DNA from: Thermoplasmatota archaeon
GTDB lineage: Archaea; Thermoplasmatota; Thermoplasmata; UBA10834
DNA length: 64,000 nt
NCBI GenBank assembly: GCA_040751795.1
Contig: JBFMHR010000002.1
Span: 1-64,000, forward strand
Direction: 5' to 3'
In this document: piece after piece, positions 9,301 to 16,929 of the stretch
Layout: the number at the start of each line of letters is the position of its first letter
Position numbering within the stretch: the stretch's first letter is position 1
Position numbers and translations under genes: made by a program
Notes under the pieces: generated by a model
What the model was told of the DNA's origin: nothing
Databases searched by the model: none
What the model saw: only the letters and a program-made list of their open reading frames with translations

Positions 9301-11922
9301 ATGGTGCAGGTCTTCGTCGAGGCGAACAGCGCCCCGGTCATAACCGACATGGAGGACGAGTACATCGACACGGGCGTGGAGGAGACCTTCACAGCATCGG
9401 TGTTCGACCCAGACGACGATACGATGACATACTACTGGACCTGGGGAGACGGGACACCGGGGACCGTGACGGCTGCTCCGACCGCGACGCACACATACGC
9501 GGAGTCCGGCACCTACCAGTACAGGCTCTACGCGAACGACGGGCACAGCCACAACTCCTCCGAGCTAGCCCTCGCCAATGTCAATGCCGTGCCGGTGCTG
9601 ACGCCGCTGGACCCGGTTAGCGTCGATGCGGGCATCGAGTGGACCTTCGTCGCCGAGGCTACCGACCCAGACCTGATGGACACCCTCGAGTACAGGTGGA
9701 CCTTCGGGGACGGGACGGCGACCACGGACTGGAGCACGTCCAACACCGCGGCCCACACCTACGCGGCCTCCGACACATACACCGTCAGGGTCGATGTGAC
9801 CGACGGGTTCTCGCTTGCGACGCACACGCTGTTCAGCGAGGCCACAGTCACGGTCACGGACCCGATGGTGGACGACCCGCCGACCATAGTGCCCTTGGCG
9901 GACGTGACGCTCACGGTAGACGAGGAGCACACCTTCACGGTGACCGCGAGCGACCCGGAGGGGCAGCCCCTGGTGATCACCTGGGACTTCGATGATGGCA
10001 CGGGCCTGTTCGTCGGGCCTTCCGTCGTCCATTCGTTCGCGGCCGTGGCCACCTATGACATAATGGTCTACGCTGACGACGGGGCGACCAACGTCTCGGA
10101 CACGGCGCAGGTCACGGTGGTCGGGGACGAGCCACCTGTTGCGGATGCAGGAGACGACCAGACGGTCAACGAGGACTCGCTGGTGTACTTCGATGGCTCC
10201 GGGTCGTCCGACGATGTGGACCCGCCGGGAGTCGTCGCGTACTACTGGACCATATACGATGGTGCGGTGACGATCGCGACGATGATAGGCGAGAGCCCGT
10301 CCTATGAGTTCGCGGACCCGGGCGTCTACACGGTCAAGCTGATCGTGGAGGACAGCATCGGACAGATGTCAGCGCCTGACGAGATTGCCGTGACCGTCCT
10401 CGATGTGACCAACCCGCTGGCCGTAGCGACAGCGGACCCGACGAGCGTCAGCATGGGCGACACGGTGGACTTCGATGCGACAGGCTCGAGCGACAACGTG
10501 GAGGTGACGGACTACGAGTGGTCCTTCTTCGATGGGGTCTCGTCCGTGACGTATGACATGGCGACCGCATCGCACCAGTTCGACATCGCTGGGTCCTTCC
10601 CGGTCACGCTGACCGTCTGGGACGCAGAAGGCAACTGGGACGAGGACGAGGTCACCATAACCGTCGAGGACACCGAGGCGCCGGTCGCCAACGCTGGCGC
10701 GGACGACGAGATAAACGTCGGCACGACCTACACGCTGGACGGTTCCCTGTCCTCGGACAACGACGAGGTAGTCGAGTGGGAGTGGACCTTCACGGACGGC
10801 ACGGCGCAGACTCTGAGCGGCGAGACTGCGGACTACGCCTTCGACAACATCGGTGAGTTCGTCATAACGCTGACGGTCACCGACGCAGCCGGCCTGACTG
10901 ACACCGACACCGTGACTATCACGGTCTCGGACCTCGAGGCGCCCGCGGCGGACGCGGGGGCCGACGTGTCGGTCGAGGAGGGTGCCACGGTCGACTTCGA
11001 CGGCGGCCTCTCCGCGGACAACGTCCTGGTGACCAGCTACGAGTGGGAGTTCGTGTACGACGGCGCGACCGTGACCCTGACTGGTGTGACCGCCAGCCAC
11101 GTGTTCGACATCGCCGGAACCTACACGGTCACCCTGACCGTGGCGGACGCCGCGGGCAACTCGGACACCGACACCATGGTGGTGACGGTGACCGAGGCGA
11201 CGGTCAACGATCCCCCGGTCGCGGACGCGGGCGCCGACGCCAGCATAACGGTCGGGACGGCCCACACGTTCGACGGCTCAGGCTCGTCCGCGGATGTGGA
11301 CAACTACACCTGGACGTTCGTCTACGACGGCGCGACGGTGACGCTCTATGGCGTCGGTCCATCGCACACCTTCGGCATCGCGGGCACCTACACCGTGACC
11401 CTCACGGTCGCGGACGCGGAGGGCCTGACGGACACCGACACGGTGGTCGTGACGGTCACCGAGGCGGGCGGCGACAACGTTCTGCCGGTCGCGGACGCAG
11501 GCGACGATGTGACGGCGACCGCTGGCGAGGCAGTGGGCTTCGACGGCTCCGACTCGTCGGACTCCGATGGGACGATCGTATCGTGGGTGTGGACCTTCGA
11601 GTACGACGGCGAGACCGAGACCCTCGAGGGCGAGACGGCCGAGTTCACCTTCGACGAGCCCGGGACGTACACGGTGACTCTCACCGTCACGGACTCCGAC
11701 GGCGGCACCGACACCGACACGATGACCGTGACGGTCGAGGCTGAGGACACGCCCAGCGAGGGCTCGTTCCTCGAGGACAACTGGATGTACCTCGTGCTGC
11801 TGGTCATAGTCGTCGTGGCGGTCGTGGCGCTGGTCCTGATGAAGCGCGGAGGCAGCAAGGGCGCTTCGTCCGGCGAGGGCATCGAGGGCGTCGACCAGGG
11901 GCAGTCCCCGCCGTCGAGCTGA
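6343..11922 (+). CDS. Family 5 (peptide/nickel) ABC substrate-binding protein fused to ~13 PKD domains and a C-terminal TM anchor
   Basis: Signal peptide; GDLAEEWSCSSDGLTWYFKI, TAEDVEFT, PIGSGAF motifs of SBP_bac_5; then repeats of N/D-x-x-P...W-x-(F/W)-GDG...Y-T-V-T-L-T-V-x-D; TM helix before KRGG. Confidence 0.9.
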   Translation: MTGFRGTRIAVLSALVFAVLMLGVPNFIAPGQQFEAASVAQAEDKERSFVIGVSELSVSTLNPNKYTMVGEGMVIFPCYSTLLQYNLDMEVIGDLAEEWSCSSDGLTWYFKIVDNAYFCDPAAPTVRDPTRLLTAEDVEFTFLALQGETDSRLHTYFPDDLITDFNIINDFEFEITIGRPHATIMESWLGAMILPKYYWEGEDFLLFDNAPPIGSGAFYYGMDGLPESGQCDLIKNPIWYGEDNHGWQMHVDKWIIKEELEDTTAWQDVTEGTIDVMLGVNPELYTNSLLPPKYTPYVVGFQQCNGFVYEFNLNQMSDELRQELGGSFTSGTNNQLLLDPTIKLAMSYCVDKDGFIEDVLWGLGQYADSLVGPQNPGHYWYPDPDPYDPDAARQMLYDDGWKYRLDTTLIEPDDPDYDNEDSDGAKGYYPLCKVGGTDPLAFDFVTLNTDNQWSMGAKYLVNSTRLGGFDLDLAIESVSDMNSRWYQADYDVWLWDWVIGTTADPVSTMEIFTEDGIGTDQDVYWVNETFEEVYAEAIMTVDTAARRTLTDQLQALVYEMRGCQTPAYRDELYAVNVMEWAYASLGDWNTSYFLLPDIWPWWLAMQLYPNENNAPDLFTYPDAVEALVDEEEYFSADADDDDDATALEYKWFWGDGTTSTWSSSGSAYHTYDEDGIYQADVAVREASSSKGFEDYFMVSKGFTVTVRDESNDAPTITAMTCAPADPDTGTQMWFNSTATDPEGDEIYYTWTFGDGHTAYGQNVRYQYTEDGGYDVVLSVDDHRVGVAGSRPVTNGAYVVVSQNGPPTITVDDYPDIEAKQTETYTALVSDPDPRDVLRYTWLWGDGEVTVTDVPTADHAYNSRGVYTLVVWADDMTDLDGHNRSDSALVDVVSMAQNKEPVITDYIVSNTAPYTGEEVTFTGVAADPDGNALTLTIAFGDDTFAVESFDPSADNTERTIEATHVYDDADTYTTYFYVFDGIDNVSSMVQVFVEANSAPVITDMEDEYIDTGVEETFTASVFDPDDDTMTYYWTWGDGTPGTVTAAPTATHTYAESGTYQYRLYANDGHSHNSSELALANVNAVPVLTPLDPVSVDAGIEWTFVAEATDPDLMDTLEYRWTFGDGTATTDWSTSNTAAHTYAASDTYTVRVDVTDGFSLATHTLFSEATVTVTDPMVDDPPTIVPLADVTLTVDEEHTFTVTASDPEGQPLVITWDFDDGTGLFVGPSVVHSFAAVATYDIMVYADDGATNVSDTAQVTVVGDEPPVADAGDDQTVNEDSLVYFDGSGSSDDVDPPGVVAYYWTIYDGAVTIATMIGESPSYEFADPGVYTVKLIVEDSIGQMSAPDEIAVTVLDVTNPLAVATADPTSVSMGDTVDFDATGSSDNVEVTDYEWSFFDGVSSVTYDMATASHQFDIAGSFPVTLTVWDAEGNWDEDEVTITVEDTEAPVANAGADDEINVGTTYTLDGSLSSDNDEVVEWEWTFTDGTAQTLSGETADYAFDNIGEFVITLTVTDAAGLTDTDTVTITVSDLEAPAADAGADVSVEEGATVDFDGGLSADNVLVTSYEWEFVYDGATVTLTGVTASHVFDIAGTYTVTLTVADAAGNSDTDTMVVTVTEATVNDPPVADAGADASITVGTAHTFDGSGSSADVDNYTWTFVYDGATVTLYGVGPSHTFGIAGTYTVTLTVADAEGLTDTDTVVVTVTEAGGDNVLPVADAGDDVTATAGEAVGFDGSDSSDSDGTIVSWVWTFEYDGETETLEGETAEFTFDEPGTYTVTLTVTDSDGGTDTDTMTVTVEAEDTPSEGSFLEDNWMYLVLLVIVVVAVVALVLMKRGGSKGASSGEGIEGVDQGQSPPSS

Positions 11923-11942
11923 TGCTGGGACGGACGGAAGGC

Positions 11943-11980
11943 AAACCCTTTCGGCGAAACCTCTTCACTTCTTCTTATTC
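11943..11980 (+). terminator. Probable pyrimidine-tract terminator
   Basis: AAACCCTTT...AAACCTCTTCACTTCTTCTTATT directly after the SBP stop codon. Confidence 0.5.
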
Positions 11981-12027
11981 CTCGAAGGATGAGAACATGC
12001 CGGACCGCCACCGCCGGCGGGCCGCGC

Positions 12028-12366
12028 TCACTCTATGACTGAGCCTTCCTTGGGAGCGGCCTGGCCCTCGCCGAGCCTCGACTCCAGCGCGACCATCGAG
12101 ATCATGTCCAGCTGGAGGGACGTGTGGAGGTAGTCGAGGTTCTTGTCCACGTGCGGCGAGTACTTCGGGCCGGTGTCGTCCTCGAGCATCCTCGTCAGCA
12201 TCGAGTCGATCCTGTTGGACGTGCGCGGGTCCCTCTGCAGGATGCCGCCGCTCAGAGTGAAGAACGACGGGCCCAGCGCCCTCATCTTGGTCGATGAGGC
12301 GATGGACTCCAGTCTCTCCTCGTGTCGGTCTACCACGGGCTCGGCAAGTCGGATTCCCCTGTCCAA
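12028..12366 (-). CDS. Hypothetical protein (~112 aa)
   Basis: 3' part of ORF 12028-12765; TTG start after GAGGG, TATA-like box at ~12411-12419; host-like codon usage. Confidence 0.55.
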   Translation of the reverse strand: MDRGIRLAEPVVDRHEERLESIASSTKMRALGPSFFTLSGGILQRDPRTSNRIDSMLTRMLEDDTGPKYSPHVDKNLDYLHTSLQLDMISMVALESRLGEGQAAPKEGSVIE

Positions 12367-12455
12367 ATCCCATCCCTCTGGAGTGCTAGGATATGTATCT
12401 GTCGAATTGTATATATAAGTTCGGTAGGGAGGGGGGAGTGCGCGCTGGAGGGCCT

Positions 12456-12884
12456 TCAGCAGAGGTCCTTTCTTGCCGCCAGTGCCGCCATCCGGGCCGC
12501 CTCGCGGACGAACCCGGTGCACCTGGCCTTGTGCTCCGGGGACTTGAAGTCGCCCATGTTGATTTCCCGGCACCTGGCCGACCCGAACTCGGCGACGAAA
12601 GCCTTGAACAGGGCGTTGGCCGCGTCGTAGCTCCTGGCCTTGTCCTCGCCGGCGCTGGCCCTTCCCAGGCTCGCCCCTATCCCCATGACCCCGCCGGCCA
12701 GAGCACCGCACAGGTCCTCGCTCCTGCCGACGCCTCCGCCGAAGGGCGTCGCCACCCTCAGGCACGCGTCAGGCAGGTCCACACCCTGCGCCAGGCACAC
12801 CCCCCTGAGCACCGACTCCGCGCAGTTGAGCCCGCTTGCGAAGCACTCGGCCGCGTGGTCCGCCCCATCGGCGACGTCTCGCAA
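12456..12884 (-). CDS. C-GCAxxG-C-C family putative redox-active protein
   Basis: NCAESV...FGGG...LCGALAGG...CREI...C pattern. Confidence 0.85.
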   Translation of the reverse strand: MRDVADGADHAAECFASGLNCAESVLRGVCLAQGVDLPDACLRVATPFGGGVGRSEDLCGALAGGVMGIGASLGRASAGEDKARSYDAANALFKAFVAEFGSARCREINMGDFKSPEHKARCTGFVREAARMAALAARKDLC

Positions 12885-12888
12885 CGGG

Positions 12889-13854
12889 TCACCCCTTCAG
12901 CGGGCTCTCGTCGATCCTGAGGTGCGGGTCGGTAGCGTCCATCGACGCCGTCACCCCCTCTGGTATGATGAGCTTCATCGCGCCATGGCCGCAGCAGAGG
13001 CCGGTGAAGGAGGGGACCTTCGCGAGCCCACCGATCCTGTCCTGGATCACCTCCTCGAGGCTGGGGCCGGGCAGGTCCCTCTTGGTGAAGCTGGACACCT
13101 GCCCGAAGACTATGCCCGCGGCCTTCTGGAGCTTCCTGGCCAGGAGCATGTGCGTGAGGACCCTCTCGATCTCGTACTCGGAGACATAGACGTCCTCCAC
13201 GAACAGGATGCGCCCTTCCGTCCTCACGGAGTCATCGGTGCCCAGGGTGTGGGCGAGCATCGTGAGGTTCCCTCCGATGGTCCTCCCCCTGGCCTTCCCG
13301 GGCACGACGGTCCTGAGAAGCATCCCCCTCGGGGGGTTGTCCAGCCTGCCCCAGGGCTCCGCCCTGGAGAGCATGGATATGGCCCTGTCGATGTTCTCCT
13401 TCCCTGCCGGGGGGTCCTTCTCGGGGTTGTCGCCCGCATACCCCTCTATGGACGGGCCATGGAACGTGACGAGGCCGGTCCTCTGGTTCATCGCGACGTG
13501 AAGGGTCGTGACGTCGCTGTACCCCATGAAGATCTTGGGGTTGTCCTTGATGGTCCCGAAGTCGAGGAGGTCCAGTATCCTCATCGCCCCGTACCCTCCC
13601 CTTGAGCAGAACACCGCGTCCACATCGTCGTCCGCGAACATGTCCGTCAGCTCGCGGGCCCTCGCCTCGTCCTTCCCGGAGGAGAACCCCGACCTCGTGA
13701 GGTTCCTGGTGCACTCCCCGAGGACGACCTTGTATCCGAGCTCCTTGAGGTAGTTGACGGCCTGGCCCAGCCCGAACGGTTCGGAGAACCCGCAGGGCGA
13801 GGCGATGCCTATGGTCGCGCGCTTCTCCAGCTTGCCTGGTTTCAGTGTCTTCAA
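12889..13854 (-). CDS. S66 peptidase (LD-carboxypeptidase / MccF family)
   Basis: RGGYGA, GYSDVT (Ser), GGNL, LFVEDV (Glu), CGHG (His). Confidence 0.92.
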   Translation of the reverse strand: MKTLKPGKLEKRATIGIASPCGFSEPFGLGQAVNYLKELGYKVVLGECTRNLTRSGFSSGKDEARARELTDMFADDDVDAVFCSRGGYGAMRILDLLDFGTIKDNPKIFMGYSDVTTLHVAMNQRTGLVTFHGPSIEGYAGDNPEKDPPAGKENIDRAISMLSRAEPWGRLDNPPRGMLLRTVVPGKARGRTIGGNLTMLAHTLGTDDSVRTEGRILFVEDVYVSEYEIERVLTHMLLARKLQKAAGIVFGQVSSFTKRDLPGPSLEEVIQDRIGGLAKVPSFTGLCCGHGAMKLIIPEGVTASMDATDPHLRIDESPLKG

Positions 13855-13975
13855 TGCCCGAGCCTCCCGGAGGCCGGAGTGCCGGACGCCGACTTAAATG
13901 GTGCGATGGGCCCGGGGTCCCGGGTAGCCCGGTCTGAGAAGGGGGGGGGTTTGGGGGGAGGTGTGCTCGGCGCCT

Positions 13976-14248
13976 TCACGCGTAGACGGCCTCGGCTTCC
14001 TGGAGGAGTATGTCCTCCGGCGCGGGCGTGTCCTCGATCTCGGCGGTGACCTCCATGAGGCCGAGCTCTATGTCCGCCTTGAGATACTCGAGCTCGTTCA
14101 GCACGTCCCTGCAGTCGACCTCGTGCTGGAGGTGCTCTATGTCCCCCGCCAGCCTCTCGATGCTGGCCCTGTTCGAGGCGAGGGCGGCGAGGACGTGGTA
14201 CTCGTCAGGGTCGTCGTGGGTGGCCTTGAGCTTCCTCGTCTTATTCAT
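13976..14248 (-). CDS. Hypothetical acidic helical protein
   Basis: Open frame with host-like codon usage; TTTTATATA box near 14370. Start uncertain. Confidence 0.55.
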   Translation of the reverse strand: MNKTRKLKATHDDPDEYHVLAALASNRASIERLAGDIEHLQHEVDCRDVLNELEYLKADIELGLMEVTAEIEDTPAPEDILLQEAEAVYA

Positions 14249-14395
14249 CGTGTTCCTGCCGAAGGCTCCGACGTTGCACAGCGCGATAGGGACAGCTAGT
14301 CTCCTCTTCATCTTGGCATCCCATCCCGTCGTATGACGATTGTCCGACAATATCTACTTCATCCTATATAAAATGTTCCGGACGGGGCTGGTCGC

Positions 14396-14611
14396 TCACT
14401 TGGGGCCCTGGCCCGCCAGCTGGTTGGCCTTCCTCTCCAGGTCGGCGATCCTCCTCTGGAGGGCCCTGATCTTGGCGTCGTACTTGGCCGCCTGCTCCCT
14501 CAGCTTGGCCGCCCTGGCCCTCAGCTTCGCGGCCTTGGCCAGCTTCTTGGTCGACGCCCTGAAGTCGTTCGCATCTGACGAGTACTTCCTCGCAGCCTTC
14601 ATCGAAGACAT
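14396..14611 (-). CDS. Small basic Ala/Lys/Arg-rich coiled-coil protein (71 aa)
   Basis: MSSMKAARKY...KLRARAAKLREQAAKYDAKIRALQRRIADLERK; strongly biased codons. Confidence 0.65.
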   Translation of the reverse strand: MSSMKAARKYSSDANDFRASTKKLAKAAKLRARAAKLREQAAKYDAKIRALQRRIADLERKANQLAGQGPK

Positions 14612-14869
14612 GGTACCCCGCTTCAAGACCGGGATGTGGCGATATGAACCTATGCACCCCGTTCCCAGGGCGTCGCCGTGAAAAGTGAATAATAGGGGAC
14701 TGGGATGCGCCTTGCGGATGAAGCACTGCCCCGTGACGCGTGGAACGGCCCTCGGAGAGGGCGCGGCGAGAGGCGTCGAGCCGAAGCCCGGATCACCTCG
14801 AAGCCCGCCCAGCATGCCCCGTCCCGCGCTCGGGGCGCCGTCCGCCGCCGGCAGCGGGGGTGCCTGAGG

Positions 14870-15748
14870 ATGGAGCGCAGGACGTTCCTATACCTGATCC
14901 TGGCGGCCACCATCATCATATGGGGCGCGTCCTTCGTGATCGTCGACATCGCGATCAGGGACGGCTCCTCGCCCTCGATGATCGCCATGGCCCGCTTCAT
15001 CGTCGCGTCGTCCATATTCCTGGGGTACCTTATCGTCAGGAGGCCGCAGGGCCTCGCGAGGGCGGACAGGCGCAAGTTCCTCTTCCTGGCGTTCATAGGC
15101 ATCGGGGTGTACTACACCTTCCAGTACTACGGCGTGAAGCTCGCGGGCGCCTCCATCTCGTCCATCATCGTCATGCTCGTGTGCCCCGTGGCGATATTCG
15201 CGATCTCCGCGATGAAGTACAAGGAGAAGGTCACGGACGGGGAGAAGCTGGGGCTGGGCATCTCCGGGCTGGGCTGCTTCCTGGTCATCACCGACGGCTC
15301 CCTCGCCTTCGCCTCGAACATCGAGGTCATAGTGGGAGGGCTCTTCGGCGTGGTCTGCGCCGTCTTCTGGGCGGTCTACACCATGATGGGGAGGGACGTC
15401 GTCAAGAGGTACGACCCGATGACGAGCACGGCGTACATCACGATACTCGGGACGTTCATGGCCGTCCCCTTCGCCGCATCGGACGCCGTCATCACCGGGC
15501 AATCGTTCCCGCCGAGCTTCTTCCTGGCCGCCATATATCTCGGGGTGCTGTGCACGGTCATCGGCTACGTCTTCTGGTACACCGCTCTGACGGGCCTGGA
15601 CGCGCGCACGACCGGCAGCGTGCTCTACTTCGAGCCCGTCGTGACGGTGGCCGTCGCGTGGGCCGTCCTGGGGGAGATGATCGGGTGGGTGTCTGCGGTT
15701 GGCAGCTTCGTGACGCTGCTGGGCGTGGTCATCCTGTCCAGGAAGTGA
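14870..15748 (+). CDS. DMT/EamA family transporter
   Basis: IWGASF start, two 5-TM halves, EPVVTV...LGE motif. Confidence 0.9.
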   Translation: MERRTFLYLILAATIIIWGASFVIVDIAIRDGSSPSMIAMARFIVASSIFLGYLIVRRPQGLARADRRKFLFLAFIGIGVYYTFQYYGVKLAGASISSIIVMLVCPVAIFAISAMKYKEKVTDGEKLGLGISGLGCFLVITDGSLAFASNIEVIVGGLFGVVCAVFWAVYTMMGRDVVKRYDPMTSTAYITILGTFMAVPFAASDAVITGQSFPPSFFLAAIYLGVLCTVIGYVFWYTALTGLDARTTGSVLYFEPVVTVAVAWAVLGEMIGWVSAVGSFVTLLGVVILSRK

Positions 15749-15807
15749 GCGCGCCCCTAGAAACCGTTAATATCCAGCTGTCGCCATCAGGCAGTGCCAC
15801 ACGCGGA

Positions 15808-15880
15808 AGCCCCGTGGTGTAGAGGACAATCATGCGGGCCTTTGGAGCCTGCGACGGAGGTTCGAATCCTCCCGGGGCTA
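15808..15880 (+). tRNA. tRNA-Gln(UUG)
   Basis: AGCCCCG/CGGGGCT acceptor with A1-U72; anticodon loop CT-TTG-GA; GGTTCGAATCC. Confidence 0.95.
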
Positions 15881-16093
15881 CTCCTCCCTCCTCCTGGCAG
15901 ACCAGCGCGAGACGGCCTGGAACAGCTTCGCGACCAGCACGAGGACGACCACCCACGAGACCACGATCAGGAAGAACCCCTCAGCGACGAAGCCGCCCTC
16001 GACAGCCTCCAGCAGGAACATGCCCGTGAGGGTCGCGAGCACGCCGAACACGGCCCCCCAGATCGCCGCGGTCCTGTCGACCCTGAGCCTCAA
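15878..16093 (-). CDS. Small 2-TM membrane protein
   Basis: Two hydrophobic segments; follows the nitroreductase gene by 6 nt. Confidence 0.55.
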   Translation of the reverse strand: MRLRVDRTAAIWGAVFGVLATLTGMFLLEAVEGGFVAEGFFLIVVSWVVVLVLVAKLFQAVSRWSARRREE

Positions 16094-16099
16094 TGTGCC

Positions 16100-16618
16100 T
16101 CACCAGCGGTCCCTGTGGACCAGCTCCTCGTTGGGGAGGCGCCTCCTCCTGACGCCCTTCTCCGCGGGGTACCCGACCGGGACCATCGCGACCGGCCTCA
16201 CATGGGGCGGGGTGCCCAGCGCCTCGGCGGCCTTCGCCTCGTCGAACGCGCCGACCCACACGCTCCCGAGCCCCCTGCTGTGCAGGAAGAGGCTGAAGTT
16301 CTCCACCGCCGCAGCGACGTCCTGGAGGCAGTAGAGGTCCCTGCCCCTCTCGGCGTAGTGCCCCACCCTCTGCAGGTTGGCGCAGAACACGACCACCAGC
16401 GGCGCGGTGCGGACGAACTCCTGATGGTACGCGGCGTGCATCAGCGCCTTCTTCGTCGCCGCGTCCCTGACCACCACGAAATCCCTCGACTGGAGGTTGC
16501 CCGCGGACGGCGCGAGGTTGGCCAGCCTCAGCCCCTCGTCGATGACCTTGTCGTCCACCGGGTCCCCCTTGAAGACCCGGATGCTCGTCCTCCCCTCGAT
16601 GCACTCCACGACGTCCAT
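16100..16618 (-). CDS. Nitroreductase family protein
   Basis: RTSIRVF, APSAGNLQ, GLGSVWVG, VGYP. Confidence 0.92.
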   Translation of the reverse strand: MDVVECIEGRTSIRVFKGDPVDDKVIDEGLRLANLAPSAGNLQSRDFVVVRDAATKKALMHAAYHQEFVRTAPLVVVFCANLQRVGHYAERGRDLYCLQDVAAAVENFSLFLHSRGLGSVWVGAFDEAKAAEALGTPPHVRPVAMVPVGYPAEKGVRRRRLPNEELVHRDRW

Positions 16619-16671
16619 CAGATCCGCCCTGTGATGAACGACAACCTCTAAGTATCTTGTCAACGGTCGAT

Positions 16672-16929
16672 ATGCCGGTGTCCATGCAGCGCAGCGGGAA
16701 CGCGCGGGTCAGGTGCTCCCTGGTCATAGGGTTCGGCTCCGCGTCGGAGGCGGAGAAGGTCCACGGCTCCGTGGCGCTGGACAACGACGGGTACCTCGAG
16801 ACCGAGGTCCATGGCAGCGACATCGTCGCGCGGATCGAGGCCGACTCGCTCAGGAGCCTGCTGCATACGCTCGACGACTTCCTCTCATGCGTCGGCGTGT
16901 CCGAGAGGATTGTGTCCAGGAAGGACTAG
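16672..16929 (+). CDS. pcc1: KEOPS complex subunit Pcc1
   Basis: Size and IEADSLRSLLHTLDDFL motif. Confidence 0.8.
   Translation: MPVSMQRSGNARVRCSLVIGFGSASEAEKVHGSVALDNDGYLETEVHGSDIVARIEADSLRSLLHTLDDFLSCVGVSERIVSRKD

Noticed and set aside
8170-11750. CRISPR or non-coding tandem array
   Set aside because: Repeats are in-frame PKD domains; no repeat-spacer array was seen anywhere in the window.
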